This document shows, in pieces, positions 1 to 15,229 of a DNA stretch of 64,000 bases (the first letter of the stretch is position 1; each line of letters opens with the position of its first letter). The notes beneath the pieces are model-generated. The model was not told the origin of the DNA. It saw only the letters and a program-made list of their open reading frames with translations, and made no database searches. The DNA is from Blastocystis sp. subtype 4 (Eukaryota). The stretch lies in assembly GCF_000743755.1 (NCBI RefSeq), contig NW_014569537.1, positions 1-64,000 of the forward strand, read 5' to 3'. The position numbers and the translations under genes are program-made.

Positions 1-1782
<1,782 letters not shown>

Positions 1783-1893
1783 TTCTTATACCATTAGTTT
1801 CAATGTGTTTGTTGAAATTACAATTTCCACTAAATTCAGTATAGGTTTGGGTTACTATCTTTTATTCTTTTTCTCACTAGTTACTTATCTACA

Positions 1894-2945
1894 ATGAGAA
1901 TTGTGATTGAAAATCAAGGAGACGCCTGTTTGCGTTTTGCTTCTGATTACATTGTGAAACAAATCAATGCTTTTGCTCCGACAGAAGGCAGGCTCTTTAC
2001 AACTGTTTTGCCAAGTCCTACGCCAAACGTTCTTCCTTTGTAGTGTTACGTGACAGAACTGACTCCTAGGTTTGAGAATCTGATCAAGGCCTACCAGAAT
2101 GGTTTAGTATCGTTTCATAATGTTGCCTTCTTCCAGCTAGAGGAATTCCAAGGAATTGATAAGAATGATCCTCGTAGTTATGCTTATCGACTCTATGAAG
2201 TGTTCTTTAAGCATGTAGATGTGGTCCCTCAGAATGTTTATTTCTTAAATGGCGTTGCTAGAGACTCTCTTAATGAGTGTGCTCTTTTCGAAAAGTCAAT
2301 AACAGAAAATGGAGGAATCCAATTGTTTATTGCGAATGTGAATTCAGAAGCTTCAATTGGCGGAAATCCTCCTGGTAGTTCTCTTTCCAGTCGTACTCGC
2401 CAAAAGAAAATTACTGTGAGTAACTTGCATGATCGCAGTTATTCTCGTAATGGAATTGGTGATTACGAAGAATGTCCGGATTGTGGAGACAATATCGAAA
2501 GTTATTTTGTTCTGACGATGGGAATTGGCAACGTCATTGATAGTCATGAGGTGGTAGCTCTCTTTTTGGGTCGTCATTGTGCTCGTGCATTACATCGTGT
2601 TGTGGAAGAGCCTATAGCGAATATGTATCCAGCATCTATCCTTCAGTCTCATGAACACGCGGTTATCGTGTGTGATCGATTCTCGACTTCGACACTGAAG
2701 TATACGAGTGTGGAGTATTTTGTCGGCCTTTGTGACAATTACAACGTTGTCAATCATTTGGAGAGCGAGATCAGTTTCAGAGGTATTTGTAGAGAATAGA
2801 GTTGATGGGGGTAGTTGCAACACCTATTACTGAACTTCATTCTGAATCTCCAATTGAAGAAATAGCGGAAGATCCTGAACATCGTCGATCTTTTCTGGGA
2901 AACTCAAATAGAGTAGAATCAGCCGAAGAAGTAATCGAAGGTTAA
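1894..2945 (+). CDS. Glucosamine-6-phosphate deaminase (NagB)-like protein with degenerate active site
   Basis: MRIVIENQ..IVKQINAFAPTEGRLFT, SSLSSRTR, VLTMGIGNVIDSHEV and MYPASILQSH match the NagB layout. Introns 2040-2069 and 2783-2814. Confidence 0.85.
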
Positions 2946-2996
2946 GTTTACAGAATTGTGCTGTGTATTCTTGTTTCCAGTAAATCATTCATCACG

Positions 2997-4625
2997 ATGA
3001 ACCAGGATGATTTAGTCAATAATATCCCAATGCGGATTGTGGGGTTCAATAGAGAGTCTGCAGGGAAGACACGGTACGACAAATGGGAATGGGTGATGAA
3101 ACTAGATCTATTGTTTTCTTACGAGAGATTGGACCTGTTCTGAATTCATTTGGATGAGTTATTTATAGGAAATATTGAATGCTAGGTCATTTGGTGAGGC
3201 TTATGTTGCTCTCGTGAAAATGAAAATGAATCTTCTTGCACTGGGTATTTTTGAAGATGTGGAACTTACAATGGACACAGGTAACGCTACCTTGTGGACT
3301 TTCATGAATAGCGGACTATTTCTCTCCTAATGATTTAGATGTTTTAGTACATATCAATGCAAAGGAGGCTAGACCTTTTAGAATTGGAATTCAAGGAAGT
3401 GTGACGACCTCGGGAAATGATGCTGGAATTGTACTGTCAATGTGCAGAAAGTTACCGATAGGAGGGTTCTGTTGATTATCTCAATGTATTGGGTTTTGCT
3501 GATACTTTGAGTTCACGTATTCGGTATGACGTAATGCGTCGAAATACATACTACAATGTGAATTATGAGATACCAAAGGTGTTTCATGGTTGTAGCTTCA
3601 ATATCAACTATCTCAAGTAAGATTTTATCATTCGCTTCATCTAAAGAGAATCTCGTAATTTATTGAAAGAAAGTAGTGTGAATTGCTTTGATGAAGGAGT
3701 GAATGCTACCATTGTTTCTCCCTCCAGACACTTTTCTTTGGGGTATAGTTTAACATGGCGAGATATGGCTCCAGCTACCGATCTAGATGTGGAAAAGATC
3801 CTAAATAACCATTGTAGTCGGAGGTAAGAATTCATGATTCATGATGAAGTGAAGTATGTTGAATGAGTGTCGACCCTCGCTCAAATCAACTATTTTTACC
3901 TCTCTTGGCTTCGATACACGTAACAATCCTGTATTAGCAACATCAGGATTATTCGGTCAACTGAAGCTGGTAAGATTGGATCTTAACTTTTATTACAGGG
4001 ATATAGTGGTCTGTTGGGTGATGTTCATCATGTTAAAGTGGAAACCAATTTGAATGCGAATATTCCAGTTTCACCCATGATTTTGGGTGAACCTGGATTG
4101 GTACTGCATTTGTCGAGCTATGGAGGAATGATTCGGAATCTCAGTCGTAAAAATACTCGCTATTTTGATCGCTTCTTCCTAAGTGAGAGATGAGAGAGAG
4201 AATCATGATTAGCTGGAGAACACATTCGAGGTTATGAGATGGCTGATATAGGTCCTCGAAGCAAGCCTGAGGGTAATATAGTGGAAAAAGGAATGATTTG
4301 TAGAAGGTGGGAGAAAGGAGGGTGATGCTCTCGGAGGAGATCGGTGTTTGGCTTTAGGTGCTGCTGTGAGTTTCCCCTTGGTATTCAGTGCCAATCATGG
4401 AATTGGAATCCGTGGACAACTCTTCTGGAATCTGGGGAATATTTGGAATCGCAATACTCGTTGGGATTTTTGGAGTGTGAGGATGTAGATTTGAAGAAGA
4501 TATATCATAGTGCTCTCCAGAGTTATGGAATTGGTGTAATGATTCCATTTGGAACTGTGGGACGATTGGAACTAAACTACTCACTATCACAAAAACGCTT
4601 CAGTTTTCTGTTTTGTGCTATGTAA
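2997..4625 (+). CDS. SAM50: Sam50/Omp85 outer-membrane beta-barrel assembly protein
   Basis: Spliced peptides FDRFFL..IRGY..IGPR, GDALGGD and C-terminal SYGIGV..GRLELNY; multiple short introns. Confidence 0.85.
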
Positions 4626-4651
4626 TGTGTTTCTTTCAAACAATAAATCAA

Positions 4652-5980
4652 CTAAACTTTCATAAAATAATAGAAGAGTCTATCCAGAAACCTGGATATC
4701 TACATGAGAGAAATCATCAACTCCTACAGCCATAACACCGCCTATCACTGCACAAATACGCACGAGAAGATATTGAAATGAATGTCGGGATTCTTCAATA
4801 ACATGCATAAATGGTGAAATGTGGAATTCCAGAAATATCCCCGGTTCATGATCAGCAATTCCTTGTGGATTCACCTTAACAGGATAGTCTGTTTCGTAAA
4901 CAGATAACTACAGTTCACTCCACAGTCTAATAGTACTTCATTGGAGCGAATGTACACGTTACCCGAATGATATGTTGCAGGAAGCATTTGAATATGATAA
5001 GTATGTGAAGTAACTATGGATGGGAGTTTCATATCAAAAAAGTACCATAATTTGACAACACAAGTTTCTGATCCAGAGGGTTCACTATACCAGGTAGATA
5101 ATCTCCAAAAGAGAAACTAATTCGTGATTTGAGAATCACAATAATACTGTTCAATAAAATGGGATGAATTTAGGAATTGCAGAATCTCTGGATCGTACAA
5201 AGGACGCTTATTGGCATCAACCTGGCCTGTTCGAGTGGCAATATGAATCACTCCTGCTACTTGGTTCACATTCAACGCTCCCCACAACATGCATCCGACA
5301 TGACGATTGAATCCAATCGATGGTTTCGATGAATAGCATTCTGGGGCAAATTTAAATAGCATCCATGTATCCCAACCTCGAGATATGTAAGCATTCACAA
5401 TGTCATCACAAGTGGAACAACATTGGTTAGCACGTTCAGCTCCATAGCAAGAGCCACAGTTGGTCTTCGATAAACGTTGCTATGAGTGAGATTTGGAGGA
5501 GAAACAAACCCGGTAAAAGCCAATAGAAGTGCCGTTTTCATTTAGATCCATTCGGGTGAGTTTACTGGAGGAACCAAACGAATGAACTCCATCTTCATCT
5601 TGAACATCAAACACGAGTTCTATCGATTAATCCAAAGAGAATAGAACACTTCCACAAGTCACATTATACATTGTTATATTAAAATTGATGAACATTTGTT
5701 CATCTTGAGTGTCACGCACGGTAATAACATCATTCCTCTGTACTTGAAAGAATGAAATCACTTCTGAGAGAAGAAGCACACCCATTATCGCAATAGTCAC
5801 TAACGATACTACAAATTACTTCATGTCTCATCAGTTACCATAACCACCTTCATTTGTTTTGATCACATAATCTTCATGAACTTTTGGGAAGAGATCCAGT
5901 TTTCTCACTACAGACTTCACATTTGGGATATTCGCTTTAACAGATGGCTGAGGACTCCTTCGCTGACGCAATTCGTCCAT
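4652..5980 (-). CDS. ER-Golgi intermediate compartment protein (ERGIC3/Erv46 family)
   Basis: KLDLFPKVHEDYVIKTNEGG, CGSCYGA..CCSTCDD, GCMLWGALNVNQVAG, PGIFLEFHISP..LVRICAVIGG. Confidence 0.9.
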
Positions 5981-6192
5981 CTTCCATTCACAGAATGAGG
6001 ATAATAACTTGCCTTTTTGAATAATTTCGTGATTCTTTTCTATTTATTGTGTGTTCTGTCCATCAATAGTTCCAAATCCGGATTCACGAAAAAAAGAGGG
6101 ATCACAAATTGGGTCGGGACCCTAATTCCACAAACGTATACAGACTCCCTGTATAGCGACTCAATAATTGGATTAATCACATTATTCCCTTA

Positions 6193-7661
6193 ATGAGCGA
6201 GATAGATTATTTCTCAAAGCCATTTTTTGAGAATGCATCAAATGGCCTTCTGAACTATCTATTCCAGGACGATGGTGTCTCTTCGGACATTCCCATGTAT
6301 GACCCGTATCAAACAAGTGCACTATCATTTGATGGGGACTATTACACGGATGCATCGAGTGTAAGTACACAGAGAACTGGAGAATTGTTACCTGCAGCTT
6401 GTATTTATTTTTGGCATTGGAATTGATTGTAGTTGCTCCAATTTATTCCTGTGGAATAAGTTATAAGAATGAACCTGAGTATCAACCGTTGTTGCTTTGT
6501 TTTTTCTTTTTACATGTAGTCTTTCAACAAGTGATTATGAGCTGCCTGATATTTTATCTCAAAACGCAATTGCAACCAATCAACCAGATTCGTTTGACTT
6601 GTCCTTGCAACCATCGACAGATGAAACAATCGGAATGACAAATTATCCTGAAGTTCGAACTGATAGTGTTCCTGTGTCTCGTCCGTTGCCTTCTATCTCT
6701 TCACGAGGAAGCCTACGAACAAAAGTGTCAGAGGGTCTTGACAAGCGCAGTCGTAGGAATCTGCTATCAATGTAATGTAGAACACAACATTTCCGAAAAG
6801 AAGCGAATTGAGCGAATGAACCTTTGCATCAATGAATTGTTTAGCCTTCTTGAGGTATCTTTATCAATGACATTTCAGTATAGTCATCTGGCGTTTCCAT
6901 TCGAAAGAACAAAGTAACTGTTCTTACAGAGACAACGAAGAAGATTCGTTATCTAGAATCAGCAGTCAAAGAACTTCGTCAAAAAGTTCGAGAGGTTGAA
7001 GTACTGTTTTTCTGTGTGTGACTCAGATAGGTGAAAACACGTCGAGCATTGAGTGAGATTTGCTACAAACCTGTTAAGAGCACTGTGAATTACCATGTTA
7101 TGTTCTTACAGAATCCAATTCCTCAGGCTATTCTAGCAGCTGATGGTCAATTCATTGATGCCAACTCTCAATTCTGTTCTCTTACACGTAAAACAGTACA
7201 ACAACTTCGTGAGATGACTCTGTTTAAGTTCGCTCATCCTGATGATCTGCCATGTGCTTTCGGGTATAACAGTTATTGTTTCTATCATTCAAAGCTCTTA
7301 CTCTAGTATGCTTCGGGGTGATACCAATTCACCTGGAGTATGTATGCTTCGCCATTGCTGTCTTGGTGACTGTTATCAGCCTGTATTCTTCTCTCTCTCA
7401 TTAGTGCGTGATGACCATAATAGTCCCTCTTTTTTTGTATGCAATATTTTGCCTGTTTTAGCGTGTACTTGCACAGATAGTAATAATGAAGAGTGTGGAA
7501 TTGTGTTGGTTCATGATTGTAGTCGTCAATGTTCTGGATTATTGAAGGGACAAAACAACCGACTCTACCAGATTTGTAATCCGTCAGAGATTTTCCCTTG
7601 GTGTGCTCAGTTAGTTGACACGAATACTGGTATTCCAGTTTCAAGTGCAACGACTCTATAG
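6193..7661 (+). CDS. bHLH-PAS transcription factor
   Basis: bHLH HNISEKKRIERMNLCINELFSLL..KVTVLTETTKKIRYLE; PAS FLQNPIPQAILAADGQFIDANSQFCSL..HPDDL. Confidence 0.8.
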
Positions 7662-7746
7662 TCTATTTTTGATGGTAAGTGTGTTTTATGACTATATTAT
7701 GCTATTATGGTGTTTGTTGGGAGAGACATTTTTCTTTGTAATCTGT

Positions 7747-8902
7747 ATGATGAAAGGAGATCAACATTACAGTTGCTCTCTCTGCCATTCCTCTTTCTCC
7801 GATACCACACATTTACGTTCGCATGAGGTGACTGTGATATGGACAAGTAATAAGTAGCTTTCCCATTCGAAAGTTAAACCTTATGTTTGCAGTATTTGTT
7901 CTAAGCGTTATTCGCGACCATCCTCATTACGAGAACATGCTCTCGTTCATACTCGTACCAACAAGGAATTGGAGATCTGAGAAGTAGAACAGGATGATAG
8001 TTATATTTGCCCGCTACAAAGCTGTGGAAAACACCTTCAGTCGTATTCTGGTTTCGTTCATCATGAAATGCGGCACCAATATGAGAAGTATAGGAATGTG
8101 GGAAGGAATACGGAGTAGTATGTGTGATCCCATTGATATACACCGAGAAGTTAGTGCTTTGCTACGGAGGTGTACAGAAAAGTATCACAATGAGCCAGAA
8201 TGTACTCGGATAGCTTGGTTGTTGTATCATTGATGTATCATTTCTAGTTCGTATATTCGATCAGCATGGAGGGAAAATATAAAACGAATTGCAGAACTAC
8301 GCAAAGAAGTGAAACGATTAGAAATGTCACTACAAAGTATTGATAGTGATGATGAAACGATTGAAGTGATTCCAGAGCAATACCTTACCTCCACAAAACC
8401 TTATAAATGTGGAGTTCCCAACTGTTCAGAGTCATTCTCTTGTTACCAGGATTTAGAGGCTCATGCTTCTTCTCATCCTGGTATTTCTTTGTGTAAGCTT
8501 CTATTTATGGAAGAGATTTGGCATAGTTGTTGTTCTCAACAATCAATTGTACATTCCTGAAGAGCAACGGTATCATTGTCCGATAGCAACTTGTGAAGTT
8601 TGTTATAAAGGAATGAAATGATTGGATAGTATGGAGAAGGAAAGAAGTCGATTTCTTATGAGTTTCTCCGGAATCACTTTCAGGTAGGAATGGTATTGTA
8701 ACGTTAAGAGCAGATTTATCATTTATTCCATACAAATTGTATTGTTCATCAATCAGTAAACATTTCATCTAAACAATATTCATCTGATTTGAGTTATTCC
8801 AATATTCAAGATGACATTACTTTATGTCCTGATACTATTTATAACAATGGAAACGTGATTCTCAATAGTAGTCATGAGAATCAGTCTATTACTTGCAAAT
8901 AA
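7747..8902 (+). CDS. Multi-C2H2 zinc-finger protein
   Basis: CSLCHSSFSDTTHLRSHE, KPYVCSICSKRYSRPSSLREHALVH, KPYKCGVPNCSESF..H; TAA at 8900-8902 followed by TGTTTATT. Confidence 0.8.
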
Positions 8903-8960
8903 ATGTGTTTATTATTGATAAAATCAAACAACCATAGCAACAAGCAGAAGTAAACATCAC

Positions 8961-10430
8961 TCAATCCTCCTTAAACGGACTATCAATACAAGCATCATTT
9001 CGATTCACTACAGGCATCACAATCCATGCTAGTAGCAAGATAAGCTATGACTAACATTTCAATCCTAATCTTACAAAAGAGAGTACAAGGATTCGCTGAC
9101 AACCATCATAAGCAAATCGACTTATCACATTTCCTAATACAACAGGACCCACAAGACGACAGATGGATTCAGCAATGTCATAATATGAGAAGTATCGACT
9201 AATGAGATGTGGAGGAGAGATCTACTTGATGAAAAGTATATGAATAATACTTTGCCTAGAATATTTACAAAGGTAGTTGCAAACATTTCCTCTCCAATTG
9301 TATTCAAAATTACACAAAATATCACATATTGGGAACTATAATGAATAATATATAGAAATCATACAAATTGGAAATGAGCAATTGACAGAGTTTTCCTCCC
9401 ATCAACAAGAGAAGCGAGAAAACAACAATCGAAAAAGAACATACATTTCGAGTGAAAATGGGTGTAATGATGAACTCTGTGATAAACATGAATAAGTTTG
9501 AAAACACATATACAAATCCAATTTGATGAGGAGAGACATCAAACTGGTCCTGAAGAAGGACAATCTACATAAGACAAGTGGAAATACACTACTTTCACTG
9601 CACCAAATCCCTTATTCAATGAATCGATACACAATAAGTAGGTAATGTAAAGAATGAATGCAAAACTTAGAACAGTTTCGTTGGAGATGAGATCTCTTCT
9701 GGATCGATTCAGATGGAATGGAACAGGTCCCAAATTCGCATGAAATCGGATGATTGGCTTGAATGTTTGAAGTGGTTTGCTGCTCTGTTCTTTCTCCACA
9801 GTGGTTGTTACAGGAGATGATGGACTGTTTTTATCTTTCGATTCGTGGATAAAAAGGAGAATTACCACAGATTCAACTGCAAATATCAACACTGATAGAG
9901 AAATCGCCACATATTCATCATATCGCTTTGTAATCCATGACAATAAGGCAGAACCCACCTAATACTCAATATGAATCAGAATCTGATACAAAGGATCCCA
10001 TGTGACGAACAGCAGCAAGAACAGAGTAACTGTTTGGACTGCAGTCCTTACTCATCATAACAAGGGCCTAAAAATGATTCGTGATAGGCACATCGACCTT
10101 ACAAGATGTTGTTGTCTGTTTGATAAATCCAACAAGCATACGACTGAAAACAAGAGCAATCAAGTTCCCACGAATCAGGAGTAACGAGTAGCTAAGTCCA
10201 GATCCTATCGAGCTGATCAGCAAGATAGATTTCCGAGAGAGTACAGAGTCTAAAAGATAACTGATTACTGAACCTCCGATGATCTGACACAATCCGTAAA
10301 GAGAAGTAATTATACCAAATCCAACAGCTCCTACACCCAATTCCTTGGTGAAAAAGGGTATAAGAGTGATGACTAAAGCTACTCCCATCGCGTCCATGAA
10401 CGAAACTACTTCAATACACCAATTTTTCAT
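8961..10430 (-). CDS. MFS transporter (SLC22A18/TetA-like)
   Basis: Hydrophobic exons MDAMGVALVITLIPFF..GIITSLYGLCQIIGG..DSVLSRKSILLIS; multiple TM segments. Confidence 0.8.
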
Positions 10431-10628
10431 CTGGTAGACTCGATGACTTCTTGTTTACAACGTTTGGCCTCGAAATAAGCGACATCGGAACACATACGAA
10501 ATAGTCCCGATCTTTGGAATTTCATCAATGACTCATTTCTCGTGATCAGGGAGCTATTCTGTATTGAATCAAGTCCAACTTTATTTTCATCGGTATTATC
10601 TTCTCTCTGATAGTTTATTGATGTCAAT

Positions 10629-11991
10629 ATGAAGAGAGATGGAGGAGAGGAGTGGTCTACAACAGTTGTAGGTGAAGAATGGAATCGGATCAGATATAGA
10701 CATCCAAAAAAGTGGATTGTGATATTACTGGTAATATTACAAAGACTATTGAGTTAGTGAATGATTCGTTGGCCTCTCTAAGTGAAGAAGAAGTAAAACA
10801 GACTCGTGCAAAGAGTCCTCTAGTTCGATACAATGTCGATATCATTCCTCCTTATGATGGATCTATTGGGAAGACGACCGTGATTCCGTATTCGAAAACT
10901 AGCATTCCTCCCTTCATTTCTGAGGATTCTCCTAGTTCAATCTCCTTACCTAAATCAAAACCTGCCGCCGATCCGTCTTCACGTCTAAATGTCATTTCAT
11001 CTTCTTTGTATGATCATTAGATTGACTACGAGTTAATTGAAGCCTATTTGGATAGTCCGATTCAAAATCAGTGGAGTCACTATAAACCACGGAACCTAGC
11101 ACATATGAAAGAATTAGAAGGAAGAAGCTGTGTCTCCAGCTCCCATATCAAGTTAACTGTAGGCCGATCATGATTATCTTTCCCATAGCATCGAAGGAAG
11201 CTATTTGATTGGCTAGCGGAAGTTTCATGTGAATTTCATTTAACAACCGAAACAACCATTCTTTCTGTCATATCATGATTTCAGAATGATGATTAGTTTA
11301 TGATCGCTGACAAGTATCTAGAGAAGAAAGAAGTTTCATTGCGCCAATTGCAGTGTTTAGGAGCAACAGTGTTGATGCTTGCATCGAAACTCACATATGA
11401 TTCTTGCCCCTCCAGTATACGTAAGGAATATGGAGTAAAAGACACGTAGTACTATCAGATCTCTCACTACGAACATTTTCTTCGAAAGAAGTTGGATTAC
11501 TGGAGAATGAAGTGTTAAGTTGTTTGGAGTATGATATTCTGTTTGTCACTTCCTTTGATTTCATTCTGTTTGATTTGGTTTCCATTCAAGCTGATTCCAA
11601 ACTCACGTTTTTATCATTAGTAATTGTCAATGGAATACTTGAAGATTAGTATCTTCTTGAATGTTCAGTGATTGAGGGATCGTTTCTAACAAGTTCACCA
11701 TCACGATTAGCACAACTATGTGTATTGGCGGCTCTTCGTTTTCTTGTGAGTGAAGAGCAGTGGGAAGTGGGTTCTTATCTTGTTCTTCATAACTAGAATT
11801 CGCAAGTGTGGAGTGTATTCAGCATTGATAAAGAGACATATATGGAAGAATTGAATCTGATTCCATTATTACCAGGTCGTTTAGTAGAGAACAATCTAAA
11901 TGTTGGTGAAGGAGAAGGGGTTCATAAATAGGCAGTCTTTAGGAAGTATAAGGACGCATTTCATGGGTGTGTGTCTCAGATCGTTGTGTGA
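10629..11991 (+). CDS. Cyclin (A/B-like)
   Basis: Cyclin box HRRKLFDWLAEVSCEFHLTTET..DKYL..LQCLGATVLMLASK; C-terminal AVFRKY. Confidence 0.88.
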
Positions 11992-11993
11992 AC

Positions 11994-12001
11994 TGTTTGT
12001 T
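11994..12001 (+). terminator. TGTTTGTT 3'-processing motif (representative copy)
   Basis: Exact copies follow gene ends at + 7711, 11994, 18646, 27055, 33613, 52190, 53632 and - 12079, 14770, 15205, 23392, 33634, 36196, 39345, 43584, 45495, 54248. Confidence 0.9.
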
Positions 12002-12088
12002 GATCACACTGACTCTTGGTACATTTCTTACAACTGTACCATACATTGATCATCTTAAAAATGGAAAGGACCATTCATAACAAACACA

Positions 12089-14538
12089 TCATAACTCAAA
12101 TCGAGAAATTGGATTACCAAACAACTCCATATTCAGTCGAGGGAACACTTTAGGATCTCTTTTCAAGATCTCTTCAGCAGCTCTACAGATTATCCTCCTC
12201 GAATAATCTCACGTAATCTCTTTATCAATCACAGGTAAGTGAACAGATTGCAAACGCCAATTCTTGGGATGAAGATAGTTATGAACTCTTTCCACTCCCT
12301 TCTCCAATTCCTCCTCTTCGTTCAACACATCAATACACTGTTCCATTAACGACCACAATCCATAAGTCTCAGCTTCTTCTTCGTTTCGTGGTGCTTCTCC
12401 ATTTGCTTGTTGTTCTAATGTTAACAACAAACCCTCAAAGATTTGAGTGGTCACAAATTGAGAAGCAAAGGACTGAGAGGATGATGGTAACGAGTCCACA
12501 AACCCTTTTCTGTCAAATACTCGTTTCGTTCCTTCGACTTCTATTTTTCATTTCTCATTGTTGTTCCTACTCCAATACTGCTTCAGATTCCTGAAAAAAC
12601 ATACGAAGAATAAGAAGAATGCGATTCGAACATCTTCGTGATAATAGCGAGACTACCCAGTCAACACTCATTCTCGATACCAACCTCTTCATTCATATCC
12701 TTCACAACAGTGTTCAATCGAATCGAAGTCGGAATTGACACTCCTTCGGGAACATTCCGAATACCCACTTGAAGAACTAATGTCAATGGACGTGGTGCAG
12801 AAGCCAGAATAATCGCGGTTCGTTTCAGTGATAAACCAACGACAGGAATATCATTGATTTGAAGGATTGCTGGGTTCTGACTCAACAACATGCACTCTGA
12901 AATGTGATGGCCCAGAATTCCATGACTAAAATCGGCGTTTTTACTGTCAATGTACACAATTCGCTCAAAGACTGGAGGTATACCAGGTTGACTGTATTCC
13001 AGCTGACGTGCCTCTTGACGTAATGTTACTCCTAGTGGTCCTGGACCCAATGTAACCGAAAATGTACAGTACGTGGCTAATTGGGAATCAGGTTTATCTG
13101 TGTCGAGAATTGTATCTAGGTAAAATGAAATAGAAATGGATACAGACAAGTGGAGGGATGAGATCGAAACACTCAACACACGGTAATTCCAGTTCATTTT
13201 TAGTTATATTAGTGGGATACGTCAACTATGATATTACAATTCATATTTCCACTACTCGATCATAATCAAGATGTACCAACAGAACTTCCAATTCATTCTC
13301 TGTTTGATGAAGTGAAAAGGTAGTAGAGTAAATACCCACTAAAAATGGAGTTGGTGCCTAGAATGAAATGGAGAGAGTAATCAGACATCAATATAATCAA
13401 TTAACTGTGCAGGAAGGAGAGGAATGTATGTGAGTGTATAGTGGATTGGCAACATTAGTGATAACAATGCTGTACTACATAGGGTGAGTTGGTATTTCTT
13501 GATAGTTATAGAACAACTGTTCGTACATTTCGACTGTGCATTAACACCTTCCCATCACTAAGAAGAGTAGAAATGATTTGAGTAATATGAGGAAGAGATA
13601 GACAATTCAATAAACTTCGCATGCAGATAGGGTCACAGAATGGAAGACAATCAGGTGGTGGGCAGATCAATTTGATATTCTGTTCAAATAGAGGAATCTA
13701 GCGAGAAAGGAGATGTACATGGTATACTTGAATTGCATACCCTGGTTTGTAGTATGGAAGAGCCTCAATGTAATAACGAATATCTCGCTCGATTGGAGAT
13801 AAGATGGAAGCAGCCGTACGTTGAGTGAGATTAATCGTACTTCGACGATGGAAGGATGACATATGGCGCAGTCTATCCAATGAGTTCAAAGTGACAATAT
13901 CACTTTGGGAGCTTGGTTTCACTCTCTGAGATCATTTCGGAAATGTCGTCTTGATCTTCACTTGTCACGGCTTTCCGATACAGAGCTCTAGAGTCAATCC
14001 ATTTCATTGCACTGACTTCAAAAAAGATGTATGTAAAGAGAAGAATGGCTTTAGAGATAAGATACACAGTGCTTTGGGAATATACAATTCTTGATTATAC
14101 TTGTTGTAACATTCTTTTCCATCAATCTCTATAATGAACCGTCATTCGCATCTTTACTCAATAATTCATAAAACACAAGGCTTGTTCCAAAACTTTGACT
14201 TCCATCTCTACAATAAACATAAAGGAAGGAGAATACGATTGTGTAAAACAGAAAGTAAACACATATGGCTTTCTTCGTTCTAATTCACGATGTTCAATAC
14301 GTGCCCCCTCGGGTAAACAAAACTACACATTAACAGTACATCCAAATACTGACAAACTCGGCATTCTCTGTAAACGGTACGTCTTCATAATCCTCGGGTG
14401 GAAATCGATCAAGTACTTGAGGATCTGGATTCTCTCTTTCTGGATTACTCTCTAAAGTCACTTTTCATCTCATTGTCTACTGTCAACTGAAACTGTCGCT
14501 ACAAAGAAATAATCTGCAATACGAACATGAAACGACAT
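12089..14538 (-). CDS. DENN-domain Rab GEF with an inserted PDZ-like domain
   Basis: uDENN RIADYFFV..DRFPPEDY..FCLPEG, YIPKALCILS; cDENN HTYIPLLP; PDZ-like GPLGVTL..ILQINDIPVVG..RPLTLV; dDENN FDRKGFVDSLP..QFVTTQIF. Confidence 0.8.
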
Positions 14539-14781
14539 CTTTGTTTGAGAGTTGTCAAGCCCCGTGGGAATGAGTGTTCAGTAATTCGTCTTGTATAATC
14601 TTCAATACTACTATCCATTCCATTTGTTCGTTGCGTTTTTCTCCATCCTTTGGAATCGATAATATTTCGCATTCCTGCATCATGTGATTTTTATTTCCGC
14701 CTTTTGAACCGGTCATCCAAATGCAGATGGAACATGAAATTCTGTACACTGTCAATGAAATGACTGAGGAACAAACAAAAA

Positions 14782-15191
14782 AATGCGAATGATTCATATC
14801 TTCCATCATGTGATCATGCCGTTTTTGTTCTTCCTGTAACTGTGCTCGAAGCTCATCTCTAATCGTAATAATACCATTCTTTAATCACTCTTCGTCTTTT
14901 AGTTTTGCGAATTCTTCCTTTAGTTCTGCTCGAGCATCTGGAATCTTCTCATCAACTACCACAGGACCTAGTAAATGAACCAATCGTTCTCCTTCTCCAA
15001 TAAACTCTAGTTCCTAAAAATGCTAAACTCTTCACTTTCCAGTCTCTACTTTAAGAATCCTGTTTATCTCTTCTTGTTTTGTCGCATTTTCGTTTATTTG
15101 CGTCAAGAAGTGATTAATGACTACATGACACTTCCTTCACAATCCAACCAGCTTCACTTTGCTCAATTTCATTTACTAAATTCGTTGACAT
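14782..15191 (-). CDS. Prefoldin beta-type subunit (PFDN6-like); stop likely made by poly(A)
   Basis: Spliced TQINEN..ILKELEFIGEGERLVHLLGPVVVDEKIPDARAEL; three short introns; the in-frame T at 14782 lies 4 nt before TGTTTGTT. Confidence 0.7.
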
Positions 15192-15229
15192 CCTTCCTCT
15201 CTCAAACAAACAATCCAATGCAGCTACAA

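Noticed and set aside
14545..14769. Small gene or C/D snoRNA between prefoldin and DENN
   Set aside because: Only weak box-like motifs and no recognisable ORF; unresolved.
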